This document shows positions 37,645 to 51,458 of a stretch of 64,000 nucleotides of DNA, in pieces. This DNA comes from Lingula anatina. Its lineage: Eukaryota > Animalia > Brachiopoda. Position 1 is the stretch's first letter; each line of letters opens with the position of its first letter. Made by a program: the position numbers and the translations under genes. The notes under the pieces were generated by a model. The model had not been told where the DNA came from, did not search any database, and worked only from the letters and a program-made list of their open reading frames with translations. The stretch is taken from contig CM120641.1 in NCBI GenBank assembly GCA_051362555.1, forward strand, positions 36,276,401 to 36,340,400. Reading direction: 5' to 3'.

Positions 37645-40613
37645 GTAAGATTGTCCCTGCGGCAGACCCAGCTGGCTCCAGTTGAGCTGCAAATGCCCCT
37701 GCTTGCAGGCTAGGGACTTGTTTGACTACTGTGTGTGATGCCTAGTTCACACTACTGTAACTTGTGTGTTTGCCAAAAGGTCTGAAAAATTCAATTTAAA
37801 GCAGAGGTGTGGACTTAACTAATGACAGGTTGATAATTTTTTTTTTCATAGTCTTTTTCTGATTTTTTTCTTTCTTTTTTGTGTGTGAAAATGACAAAAA
37901 AAAAAAAAAAAGCCTTTGGCCAGATTTCATATGATAGCCTGAACCCAGACATATATGTCAATGTATTGAATATTACTGTGAGAATATATGGGGATTTGAC
38001 ATGGCATGCATATCATATAATAAGTTGCTTACCACATTTTATTATTCCAAAGGATTGAATTAGAAATGAAAGAAATTGGTGTTAGATGGGATAAGGCGAC
38101 TGGCTAACTGGCTTCTTAGATAAAAATGCTTAAAGAGCACTCGAAAACACTCATATTTCATCCCCTCCATTGCCAAGTTGTGGTTGATGATAATTAAACA
38201 AAACTAATTTATGGGCCAAGTGTCCCATGGCTGGTTTACTCAAAATAAATGGGTACAAAGTGACATATGTTGTAAAGCAAGTTCTTAAGCTTCTCAAAAT
38301 GAGTATGCTTACTTAATCCCACTTGTTTCGTTTGTGGGGCTGCTCTAACTGATATTTGGAAACTTGATTTATAACTATAGTTTAATGCCATCTGAGCGAA
38401 TTTGCACCTAGTTTTTTGTTCGCGGCTTTATTATAGGTCGGGTTTTATGAATTTTGGGATCAGTGGTTATCAAGACTGAGGATTCAACTTGTTAGTAATC
38501 TTTGAAAAATGGAGACTGTTGCCTTGCCCAGAGACTTTGAGGTTTGTTGCTGTCCTATCTGGTTGTGTAGGAAATACATGGTTTAGTGAATGTGCTGTTA
38601 TCTTACTTTCCTAAGGTTAAGTAGAAGTTACTAAACAAACATGCCTTTTGTGATCTTGACTGATCTAAGGCTGGCAACATTATCAAGTTTCTTTTGAGAC
38701 CAACCAAGACATTAAATAGTGTATTTGATAAAATGGGCTAGGTTTATGTAGGAATTGTGTGGAGGACACAGGTGAAGCATCACTAATATGTCCCGAAGTG
38801 TGTTCAACTGCTTTTTTCTTCCATGTTTCAACACAGCATGCCAGATTTCTATGTGTCCAACTCTGCGTGCTCCTAAACCTGTACCTCTTCAGTTTGCGGA
38901 CCAAAATAACTGCAGCTTTTCAGGCTGATAAGCTGAAGGGCACTTGAAACCACAGACCAAGAGAGTTCTTATATGAACAGAGTTCTCACATATGAGCAGA
39001 GATCTTGGTAAAGGACTAGCACATGTCTGTTTGAACACTCACAGATGGGTTGTGTAATTTTACTAAAGATCAGCAAATTTGCCTTGACGTTTTCTTCCAC
39101 AGATTTAGTCATTCGCTGTTGAACAATTTTTCCAGCCTATGCAACTGCCAACATCAGTCGGCCCGCTTTGGGAATATCCGTTTCAGAAATTTAATCGGAA
39201 ACATTCTTGTGTTGATTTTTGAAACATATTCTTCGGGCAGGATGTTGAAATAGATAGGGTAAAAGAGGAAACATTAAATCATCATCCGTTTAAAGTATCA
39301 GTTGCCTGCCATACATATTGTTTTTATTACCAAGCTATTTGAAAAAAATTGCATCAAATTTGTCATGACACTGTATCTACTGAGCCAAGTGAAGTAGGAG
39401 GTTACGTTTTCACCTATAATGATTGGGACTGCAAAGCCACATATGAAAGTTGTGTCTCAAATCATATTATTACATGAAGATATGAGTCATTGTTCTGCAT
39501 ATCTGGTCTCAGGTTGCGTATGGGGTTTAATTTGACTTGAGCTTTGTGTGTACTATATAATTTGCTACAATAAGGCTAGGATTAAACCCACGGGTGTAAG
39601 TGATGTAATGTAGGATGGACGTTTTGTCTAACTTAATCTTACCTACACAGATTTGTCTGTAGCTTAAGCATTCACAGTTTACCAAAACCTCGATAAGCAA
39701 AGTGTGGTCTTTGCAAAGTCGATAGGACAAGCAAATATGGGGGATGTTTGAATTGCACTTCACAGGACCCTGCTATTTACACCTTATCTGTCAAAAGTTC
39801 ACACTAATATGCTACGGTACCTGGAGAAAGCTGCTATTAAACTCGATTGCTCCGAATAAACCTGCATGTTTCCTACCTGTGATTTTTTTTGGTAAATCAG
39901 AGATGTTACAATGGGTCCAGTTTCCCCATTTTTTTTATGACTGGAAATCCCTTTCCTGCAATTATTAGTGAAGTGACCAATATAAAGTACTACTGTGTAC
40001 AAACTTCCCTTGTGAACATGTGTGGATTTCCAAAATCACACTTGGTGATTTCTTCAGATCCTGGAATTTCCATTGAGGTATACCTTCGGCTTGTTCCTAG
40101 TGGCAGAAAAAGTGTTTTAGTAGCATAGGTTGCCTGGAAGGGACTACCCATCGACAGAACTTGATCTCTTGATCTCATTGATACCTGTGCTATTATAGAT
40201 AGTTGCCATATTTTTAAAAAATTTATCATATTTCCTTAAACAATAGTTTAAAAACAAGTCTGGTTCATGACAAAGGTGTATACTGTTGTGAAAAATTAAA
40301 GATGATAAATAAATAAATAAATAAATAAATATAGAATATTTAAATAAGTGAGGTGGTTGCAGTATGTGAGTTATTATCATACCCCCAGGTGCTAAAATGA
40401 GGACAGCATCTCTGCATGTAATACTCCAGAGAATTTGTGTAAGGTTAATATATTATTTTGAGAATGCCTCACTTTGTTTCAAGTGTAGGTTAAAACATGA
40501 AAGTAGAGAAGCGGAATTTCTGACAGTTTAACATTATTTAGTGTGATTATCGATACTATGGTTGCACAATAAAAACATATCAGCACGTATCAAAATCACG
40601 TTTTCTCTTGCAG

Positions 40614-40794
40614 GTATTCTGGTTGAAAGATGGACAAGTTATTAATGACAAGGAAGAGACCAATTTCATTATCTCCAATGAAGGGAATTTGATCATCAGC
40701 CAAGCTCGCCTGTCGGACCAGGGAAACTTCACCTGCGGAGCGATAAATGTGGCTGCAACAAGAAAATCAGAATCTGCAGAGCTTATTGTTTATG
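40614..40794 (+). CDS. UNC5: UNC5 exon 4, Ig2 C-part
   Basis: ttgcAG / G|GTATGC; 181 nt, phase 0-1; VFWLKDG...NLIISQARLSDQGNFTCGAINVAATRKS. Confidence 0.97.
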
Positions 40795-42576
40795 GTATGC
40801 TATTTTCCTTTATCTTCTCCCATATCCTTTCCTTTATTTGTTTTCCTCTTAAGGTAACATCACAACCCTAATGCAACTTTTGACATAGACCTCCAGTGTG
40901 TGCGTATGTGCGCCTACAGATATGGTATATGCTTTCATGCACTCAAAGAGTCAAGTCATTAAGCTGGCTACAGGCAATGTAAATGTTAAATATACAGACA
41001 GTTTTACCTCAAGTTGTAAGATATATTAATCAATTAGCAATAATTACCAACTATGAAAGTCGTGCTGTGACTTGATATGACATAGCAGTATTAACATTCA
41101 GTAGGACGGCATGAAGGTTGATCACTTGGGCGAGCCACCTGCAAGCACGCAGTGGATATTGTCACCGTGTCACCACATGTCTGTGCTTTTGCCAACAGAC
41201 TTGACATCCGAAATTAAGCTGGAGCCAGGCTTAAACAGCTGATCAAAGAAGTGCCTTCCTAATTTTGAGCATTCATCTGTTCTTTTTAGAAAAAAATCTT
41301 TTGATGGAATTGGAAATGAATTATAACATGCGAGCAGGATAACTGCGCAATTACTGAAAAATTGAAAATAACATGCAAATTACCATTTACCCTGTAGGTG
41401 TATATCTAAAATTAAAAGAAAATTTTGTGCCACTTAGAGTCTACTTGTAACTAAAGATTTCTGATATTCTGAGGCCAAAGAAAAGTGCAATGTTGTTATT
41501 GCAGTGCCTTTTATGTCTGTCAACAACTTTGAGTTGAAAGCTTTTAATCTAGTTACCTTGTACTTAAACTGATATTATGAGTTGAACTGATGTCAGTGAA
41601 AAAAGCATGTTGTCGGGAATGTTGTGAGTTTTTTTGTCAAAATTCTAGTGCTGCCCTTTGAACTTACAAGATTTGATTTACAACATATGCTAGAAAATAT
41701 CAGAGTTCTGTTACCAGTTGTTAGACCTAGGCACAAACAGTAAAGATACACTACAGATTAAAGAAAATAGCCATGGAACGGTATGCTTATATCCTGCCCA
41801 TGTTTTGTAAAAAGAGAAAGTTTGTGGAAAAAAATATTTTTTGAGAAATACTAGACCAGGTGGGAGAATGAGAAAAACAGATGTGTGCATGACGTACAAA
41901 GTCATTATCTGAGACTTGATCAAGCCAATTTATTGCAGTACCATTGTGGAATTATGATGATTATTAATAGCACACAGTCTACAATGATCCATGGTGGTCT
42001 TTCCTTACTGATAATGACAGAAAGACATGTGGACAGCGCCAAAGGGAGCTCCCGAATGTCACATGTTGTTTGCCTTAGAGATGTTGAAAGGCATGGGAAT
42101 CTCTTAGCAGTTCATATCTCATATAGAATGGGTGAAAGAGCTGGATGCTCTCTTTACTGTCATGACCTTAGTTCTGTATGGCCTTCCACCAGCAGCAAGT
42201 AGTAGCTTTCAAAAGGCACCTGGCTGTGATTGAGGTTTCCCATTTCATGGAGCTATAATTCATATGTGACACCTTATGATTTTAGTCACTTGGTGCAGTT
42301 TGCAGTAACAGAGGCAGTAATTTTAAGACCCATTGTTCTGTTATCTAGAATTGTAAAATGGTTTTAATAAAAATATTAAATTTATTAATAAAATTATTAA
42401 TTAGTAATTAATTAATTAGTAACTTGCTGTATACCATTTACAATTATCATATGTCATTTAAGTTTAACATGAGAAATATTTATCATATATGTTTTGAGGG
42501 AAAATGCTATTCTGTTGTTGAAAAAAAGTTTTGTGGTGTTATTAATGGGATATAAGTGTGATGCTTTTTTTTTTAG

Positions 42577-42744
42577 TGAAAGGAGCCTGGTCTACCTGGT
42601 CACAATGGAGCGACTGCGACAGCAAGTGCGGCAAAGGTTTCCAGAGTCGCTCTCGTACATGTAGCAACCCTGCTCCTCTTAACAATGGTTCTCCTTGTCC
42701 TGGAGACTGGGAACAAAAGGTCCCCTGTACCACCGTCTGTCCAG
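42577..42744 (+). CDS. UNC5: UNC5 exon 5, TSP1 repeat 1
   Basis: poly-T AG / CAG|GTAAGA; 168 nt, phase 1-1; [10 protein letters not shown]...[19 protein letters not shown]. Confidence 0.97.
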
Positions 42745-45700
42745 GTAAGAACTGCTGTTAATATTCCCCAAGTAATTTTGATTGCACTTTACAAAATCTG
42801 TTATGCTAATGCACTAGGACATTTGGGAAAAATTGAGAACTAATTGTTTATTGAAGCCTGTCAGTAAGTGCTCATTGTATTGCTAAATGTATGTTTTAAA
42901 TGATTTTTTAACAATTTATGAAATATTTGTGTGTTTTTAAATGAATGTTTCAAATGTCTAGACTTTACATAGAATGAATACATATATAGTATGAATATAA
43001 ACTTTGTGCTTATTGACACATTGATCAGTGATAGTCAACCAACACTGAACACTCCAGAAAACAAGGTTCCAAAGTGTTATTGGATTTTCGCTAAATTGTG
43101 GTATACAAGAAATGCTTCATTAGGATGAAGAGTTCACCAAATTTAATCTGTTTAATTTTGCTAAGTTTTTGGATCAACATATTACATCTTACCATTGTTG
43201 TTCTTGGAAAAGAGCACCATTACATTGAATAATTGGCCATTGATTTTATATTTCTGGTAATCACTATCTTTGATCAATATTTTATAAAGCGTTTGTCATT
43301 CTTGCATTTGTTCTAATTGAGTGAAATATATGATGCTTTAAAGGAAAGTGAATGGATGAGTAGTAGCAGAAAAGCAGCATTCACTAACTGAAAAATTAAC
43401 AGCTCCAAAAGCATGATTGTTATAGAAATCGTTTGAAAGGGTGTTTGTGATTGATGTACATTTGATAGTATTTTCCAGTGTGTCAAACCTGTAGTTATGG
43501 TATAATAGCATTAGTTGATTTATTATGTCACGCTCTGGGAATATAGAATATAGACAATCTTTCAACCTGTTTGATAAGTGCGAAGTTGTTTGAAAAATGA
43601 AACCAATGAAAGAAGGGGGATTGAGAAGAAGAAAAAGGAGATAGACAAATGGAATGAGTTTATACTGAAAATTTAATAAGGAGATAGATGAACAAGTTTC
43701 CACTAATAATGATGTTTGTTCTCTTTTGTGTGATATTTGGGAGGTTTTCATTTATATTGTTCTTTTTTTAAATGTAAAACATCAGCAAGTTGCTAGGCAA
43801 CAAATTCAAAACATTTGTAGAAATAGGTTTTTTTCTGTATTCATAAACACTTCAGTTTATTGGGTACTCCTCCCAAGTTTTGATTAAAAAATTGAAAATC
43901 CAAGATCAACAGCATCATTCTCCCAGTTGCTGTAGACAAATTGCATGTCAGGAAGTCAAACCTTGACTAAAGACCTCCAGATTCCCTCCAAATTATGCCA
44001 GCAGAGGTTGTTCACTACCCCCATAAAACCGCCTGGTGGAGCTAATCAAGGGATAAATGTGCATACTTAAATTTTCTTGTAAAAAAGGCCATGCTTTGGT
44101 ATTCGCAGCTGACGTTTTGGATCATCCCTTTACCAAATACTCTCTATATACTTGCTGTTCAATCATGGGGCTAAATGTACTAAATTAATCCTGCCAAAAT
44201 AATGTTGTGAAGTTCTCAAACAGCGGGTTACACTTCCATTTGTATTTTATGGTCTTGGTTAAAAAAAACTGCATACTTTCTTGGATTTGTCAGAACAGCA
44301 GCTGTAGTGCAATCAAAAGCAAATCATTTAGATAGGTAGATGGGTCCAGCGGAGGAGATATTGGGCTAAAAGGCCTGCAGTGGCAGGCTAAGAATACTGT
44401 GAAACATGTTTCGCTAAATACTTTGTGAGAGGTAATAAAAATCAAAGCGCTGCTTGACCTAAAAGGTTAGTTTTATGTACTCTCGCCAGAGCTTTTAATA
44501 ACTCTGAAAATGGTTTCCTTTTGCTGTAGCTTTGAATAACTGTTTTGTTTTTTTTTTCATATTGAAACACAGACACATAGGTACTAAGATTAAATTGATA
44601 TTCCAGTGGCATCCATGAAACTAAACTTTGTCTATTAATATTCTCAGACAAAAGCTCTATGTGTTTGCTGACTGTAAAAAGAATTAACTTGAAGATATTC
44701 AGCTGGCTGCTATTTATGAAATGTTGCAGCATAATTTCATTCATAAATCTTGATTTAGAAAAAGATAAAAAGTGCATAAGTCACTACTACCCCATCATTC
44801 CACCAAAAAATTACACCCAGAAGATTGAAATCGGAAGCTATCTTAAGTAAATAGTTTTGCCCTATAGTAGTCCTATTGGTGGCATGATACATTTTACAGC
44901 TCTTAATGTTTAGTGGAAGGGAAAAGACCCATTACATATCTTACAGAATCAGACCAAGCCCATGTTGGTTAGCCTCTTCAAACCTAAGTGATACATATCT
45001 CAGCTTTATCATATTTAAGAGTTTTAGTCATATCCTCTAAGATTTATGTGAAGAGCACATATAATTCATACCAGTTCTTAAGTATGGCTAGGGCATGTTA
45101 GGGGGAATGCCCACATTATATGAATATATACATCAGTTTTTAGTAGACATTGCATTTGCACTGATGAGCGTAAATGACTTGACTTTTGATTTTGTGTATA
45201 AATACATTGATGTTGATGTGCTGGAGACATAAACTGCCATTCATTCAACTGCAGTTTCCGTATGCGGAGATAAGGCGTCTGTCTAGATAGCTATCTGTTT
45301 TTTTCATCTTTTATAGCATCTTCACAAGATGATGGGCAGACCCTGACAAAGGCAGCTTTAAAAAGCCCTTTCTTTAAATGTTTTGAACTGTGGTTATTTT
45401 AATGGTGTCTTAAAAAATGGGCGAACAATTGATTTCAAGCTAGGGGAGAGAAATAGATCCGTGGCATGTATCAGTTCTGTTGAACATATTGCTTTAAAGT
45501 AATCAAATGTCATTTCAAATCACTCCATGCTATGGTAGACCAAAGAAATTGTTTGTCATCTGATATAATTACATCTAATTAATGGTCGCAGCACATTATG
45601 TTAAGACCTTGTATTGTTCCCAGGGAAAAAGAGCGATTTGTAACCCTACCCAGTTGATAGACATGCATAAATAGAAATTTACCCCATGTTACTCTTTGTC

Positions 45701-46444
45701 AAGTCACTGATACTGGACACAGTGCCACACTTGTTTTTTTTTTCCTCCATAGTCTAACCTATGCAACCTGATCGCGATTGTAATGATATATATTTTTGTC
45801 ATGCCGAGATATGCATGTTGATAAAAAGCAGAATTTACAAGATATGCATTTCCTTTGTAGCCTTTTGTTGATTTGCAGACTGCACACATGAGTGACTGCT
45901 CAACTGCAAGCTATAATTTTCTTGACAAAAGCCATGGTAGTGTTAGGATAAGGTACCATTAAACGCACTAGGAAGGCGTAACTAGGGTGTGTATATAGCA
46001 CACAGTGATATATCCATTTAATGGAAAAGTATCTGTGGTAAACAACAAGGCCTTTTATAATGATAATTGTCAAAAATATTTCCCCATTTTATTCCCATTT
46101 GAGAAGACAATTACAGGGGCAGCAATCTTTTATCACCCAAAAGGAACCTGGTTTTGAAAGAGATGGACAGTAAACATCAAATTTGTTTTTGATACTTAAG
46201 GTGAAAGTTGTCAGTTTGAAACCATGGGCATATTTTATAAATGTTGTTTTCTTTCAAAAATACTTTTTCTCACTGCTCCAATTATGTTTTCCATGTTCCT
46301 TTTGAATTCCAAGCACCATTCTCAATTTTTCATTTAATTACAAACTTTACAAAGACGTCAGCAAATGAAGTTATTGATGGTAGTGGTATTATATGTATTA
46401 GTTATGGATATAACGAGACAATTCTTTCCTTGCCTACACAACAG

Positions 46445-46492
46445 TGGATTATTACCATAGTTCTACAGCCTCCTCCACACTGGGATGGCCAG
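46445..46492 (+). CDS. UNC5: candidate 48-nt cassette exon between the two TSP1 repeats of UNC5
   Basis: ttctttccttgcctacacaacAG acceptor, CAG|GTAAGG donor; phase 1-1 and open frame VDYYHSSTASSTLGWP; TGCATG and ACTAAC downstream. Confidence 0.55.
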
Positions 46493-47685
46493 GTAAGGTA
46501 TAGGGTGGACTCACTGGGTGCATGAACCTAATAAGTAACCATTCAGTTCTTGTACCCATTTATGCATCTAAATATACATACATATAATCCAAAACACTAA
46601 CAACAGTCTTTCAGTTTTGCTTTTTGTATAGTGGAAAATGTTGAAGTGCTAACAAAATATGTTTGTCTCTTAATTTAATCATTAACGTATAATGTATGTT
46701 CATCATAGTTTTTTTTTCCCAAGTTTGCCATTGTTTTTATCTAATGCCTGTCTTGACTTGAATTTGTTTTTGTTCCAAGTTGTCATCTTTCATTTGCAGT
46801 TAAGTGTATGTCATGCCTTTTTATCAGTTTCTGTCAGTGGAATGACTTCCAATTGTGCATGGCATGTGGATATTTTGCATCATTTGTGAACTTCACTGTT
46901 TGATGTTTTCAGTTTCATGTTTTATAGCAATACGATATTATTTGCGATTTAGGGAAGTGTACAAAGTATATGTTATTCTTATGCTTATATACAAACTACT
47001 GTTGTGTATATATTTAGTCAAAAGTAAAATTCACAGTTCACTTTCTGACTTATAGAATGAGGATGTTGTACACTGCATTAGGATTGTTTTTAACAAACCA
47101 CATCTATCTAATGCAATTCATTTGGATAGAAATCATTACCTGTTTGGTGACGTAAACAAAAAAAAAGTGAGATTTTATAATTGAAACTATAATATAAAGA
47201 TACAACCAAAAAGAGAAAGCAAAGATAAAAAACTACGCGTTGGTGTGTTTACATTCAGCCAAACAGTAGGATTGCTACTTTGACAGAGATGTGTTCTTTG
47301 GGGAAAAGAATGTTTACATGATATAGAATTGGATTTATCCATGGCCAGATCATACCTGTAGACACCATACAGACATATCTAAATATTTCAGGATACTTCC
47401 TGTACTTAGTAGTCTTCCAACATGTAACAGATCTGATTTTATCTAAAAATACAGATTCAGATATGGAGTGTTTACATAATGTTACTTCAGATCATCAACT
47501 GGATATCTTGGCTTAATGTAAACTGTGGACTGGGAAGCCAGTGATTGAATTAAAGTTTACAAACAAAAGGGAATTATTAAGTAATATAGGTTAATGGATA
47601 TTGTTTTGAAAAATACATTTATATTCCTTGACAGAAGTCTGTTTTCTCTTCAGTTTTTTGACAGAGTATTACATTTTTTCTTCAG

Positions 47686-47847
47686 TTGATGGTGGCTGGT
47701 CCACTTGGGCCTCTTGGTCTACCTGCAACGAAGACTGCAAGCACTTCAGACGCAGACGATGTGACAACCCGCCGCCTCAAAACAATGGCAAACATTGCGA
47801 ATCCACTGACTTGAACATCACAAACTGCACTGGAGGCTTATGCAGAG
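47686..47847 (+). CDS. UNC5: UNC5 exon 6, TSP1 repeat 2
   Basis: ttcttcAG / GAG|GTGAGA; 162 nt, phase 1-1; VDGGWSTWASWSTC...RRRRCDNPPPQNNGKHC...NCTGGLC. Confidence 0.97.
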
Positions 47848-49807
47848 GTGAGAAAAACATGTTCTTTTTCCATCATATTTTCATAGTAAGAAAGGGAAAT
47901 AATCACAGCTCGAGTTGCTTAATTTTTTTGTCTGCAATGGAGATCTAGTTTGAAGAAGTCTGCCCATCTTCAAGTCCAATTTATTTCTTGCCCAATGCCC
48001 ACACAATCACTGAGATTAATTGATAATAGACCCCAAAGAATTTAATAAACCACATGGAAAAATAAATACAAAGCAGGGTTTATGTTGGAGTAAGTAGTGC
48101 TGGCATCACTAACCTGCTTCTCTCTGTGGGGAGACTTGCTGCTGTCAATTGACTTAGAAATCGAAGGAGAGCTGACTAGTTACCAAACACAGCAGGAAAG
48201 CACTGCAGTGATTAGGTAAAAGGAAACAAAACAAACTAAGGCTGTATTTGATTTGTTAAAAAAAGACGGTGGTAAAACAAGACTTTTTTTTTTTTTTGAA
48301 AAATATGGCAGATAATCACCAAAATGCATTGCAGTACTTACAACAGTTCTAGATTGAAACTAAGGGAAGCTTCATTTTGTTAATTGTCAAAAGTTAGGAA
48401 AATACTAAGTTGATGAATAAAAATTCACATACTATAACCAAATGTTATTGCAGGTTTTAAGTTCATGGAGAACAGAAAAAAATTAAGTGCAAACATATTA
48501 TTCTAAGGCAGCCCTGCTCAGAGAAAAATTGAAATTTATGGCCATGGCTTACCAAGGGAGGTAGATATAGGTCACTTGTGGTTCACCTATTTTTCCCAAT
48601 GCTGCAACTTAATATTTTTGTTATTTACCATTAATTTCATATATCACCATAAACCAAAGTGTTTCATACCCTTTCCAAAAATCCAGAGTAAATATTCGAA
48701 TTTGACTTCTAGTGAGAAATCACCCAGAGATTGGAATGAAAAGAACACTTTTGTGTTGGTGTCTATGCATGAAAATGAGCAATTTGGGCATTTTGTCTTT
48801 CAAGCTAAGCAATTATGTTTGACCTTTTGGGTGTTGAAGATGTTTAGCCCAACAAGTGGTGTGTAAAACAAACCCAACAAAAAAGCCAGTGGGTTAATCA
48901 AGTTTGTATTACCACTGGGGCCTTCACTGCTTGCACTTGGGTCTGTACAATGTGAAATGACACTGACACTCCTAAATCCAATTCTGGAAATGCATTTAAA
49001 CTGCTAGTTATCTGGTATAGAGGAATTTATTGGATTTGGAGTTATGAAATAACACAGACCATGGCTAGACAAAATTGTGGATGCCGAGATGGAACGCCTA
49101 TTTTATCTGTTTATTGATCAAAGTGGTTTCCTAGTTAAAGCAGAGATCTGGAAAGTGCTTCTTTTTTTCCCTCTCGTGGAGGAGGGTTTTCAATAACAGA
49201 ACAGTGGGTGTCAGCTAGATATGGAAACCAGGGCATAAAAGTTGTGGTTTAGCTGTATTCCTTACCTCCCTCCACACATTTAGGGGATGACTTACAAGAT
49301 AGACAAAACAACCTGAATATTTACAGGTATTACTTTCTACTCCATTTTTTTGTCACTAAAGTGACATTCAGTGTGGGTTTGGTGGAAGTTGAGATCTTTC
49401 AAAGAAGGAAGTCTCAGAAGTTTATTTAATTCATTACTCTATATTACCCATCTCAGTAAACTTACTGGTCTCAGTTTACTTAAAGAGCTCTGGAAAATAA
49501 ACACGTGGAACAGTAACTAAAACACACTTTGGTTTATGGGAAATATGACTTTAGTGCGTCTGTAGTAAATGTCTTTTATTGGGGAGAGATCAGGATAAGG
49601 TTGCTGAATTTTATTTGAAAATGGGATTCAGCGAGACATGATTTTTCAGAAATATGGCAAATCTGCCAAATCTTTCGCAATTGGGTTTGAGGTCAAGTGC
49701 GAGGGTATTGATAGACCTGCTGGCAAACAGTAGGGCAAGGTACTTGTGTAGGAGTTGAAATATATTGGAAATTAGAAAGATGAAATACTTCACTTGTTTT
49801 TATGTAT

Positions 49808-49841
49808 GTATTTATTTATTTATTTATTTATTTATTTATTT
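49808..49841. repeat. (TATT)n microsatellite
   Basis: Tandem TATT units. Confidence 0.9.
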
Positions 49842-51422
49842 TTGATAAGTGGTGTTTTCAAGGGTAGTGTGGTAAGAGATGCAGTTGGGTGCCTTATAGC
49901 TTATAGCTTTTTAGTTAGATTTCTTTAGCTGAGTGGTTCGAATGTTTTAATGCACGTTGGATTTGTAAAAGTACCATATTAAATGAATTACAGTCGCAAA
50001 TATGGTCCAATTACCACATTTCATGTTGCTCTGGTTTCCATAGCTGTTAGCTAATGTAGTTTGTTATCAAATTAAAACATATATTGTTCATGCAGTTTGT
50101 CTATTGAAATAAAACATCTATGTAATTGAGTATGCTCTTTGATTTACTTTTGTAGATAAGCCATTTGTATTTTAGCTGTTAACATCATTTGTTATAGCAA
50201 AAATCATCAAACATCCAATATTGCAATTAGCCAAAATAGTCTCTAATGTTATTTCCTTGTTCTTGGCAAGGCTGTGATAATTATCTAGCTTTTTAAATAT
50301 CTTCATTAATCAAAAAAAGCCTCATTAGTATGACACATTAAATGCACATTGAAGGGAATATTGAAATATTACGAAAATATGTAATTGATAATTGGAGGAT
50401 CATTGCAATTATTCGACAGCAGCAAAGCAGAGGGATGCCCCTCTTGGTGGAAAAATTAATGAAGGGAATCTGACTCACAGAAGCATCAATATTTTTTTTA
50501 AACAGACATCAGTAATACCTCAACTGAGACTTGCACTGAATGTGTGTCCAAAACCTGATAACATTGTTAGCAAAAGTGAGTAATTTATCAAACTGTGTAT
50601 CACATTGTACTTTTGGAATTAATTGGGCTGAAAGAGCTTCATTAATTTAAGTTTTACCAGTGGGCATCTCTAATGAAATTTTCACTTGGCTGTCCTACCC
50701 TTGAGTGTCGTTAGTGATATCACATGGCCATCTGTAAATTATATTTGAACTAGTTTTAGTTTACAAATATGCTTCAAAATGATTAGTCACAGCATGGAAT
50801 ATTTTACTGAATTACTCTTACCAAATTAAGGGCCAGAATTAGATGTATTAAACTTGTATCATTGCACAAGATATATCCTATTTCTAGTTTCTGTCTTATA
50901 TCTCGCTTTGCGAAGACAATTATTTGATTTTACCATTGGCATTTCAATAAAACATTTGCAGATTGAATAGAATTTTCACAAATAGACATATCTCCATTAA
51001 TTTTGAGTCTTGCAAGTTAACAAGAACATTGCATTTGCTAAATGAAAAAGTGGCACTATCATTGCCCCAAAAACATAAATTTAGTACAGTCTTCCCAGGT
51101 GCTATTCAAATAATTACTTTTACATTGCGTGTTACATTCACCATTATTACTTATAAACAGTACCCTTGTCCATTATCAAGCTTCCTAGGGTCATACATAG
51201 GTCCATCTTTAAGATGAATCGAACAATCAGCTTGATTACATTTTTATGCCAAAGTAATAATTTTCTATTGAGAAATGTATATTTTATATAAATATTTTAC
51301 ATTTTCTGATGTAGTTTTGCTTATCATTTTCTGGTTGTGATTCCCTGTGCAAATATTCTGTTAACACCTTAAATTTCTGTATATTTTCCTGAACTAATAA
51401 TATATATTTTCTTTTTTCCCAG

Positions 51423-51458
51423 AATTCCCTGGATCAGATGTCTATGCAGAAAGAACTG
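51423..51458 (+). CDS. UNC5: UNC5 36-nt extracellular stalk microexon
   Basis: ttttcttttttcccAG acceptor, CTG|GTATGT donor; phase 1-1; EFPGSDVYAERT. Confidence 0.75.
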
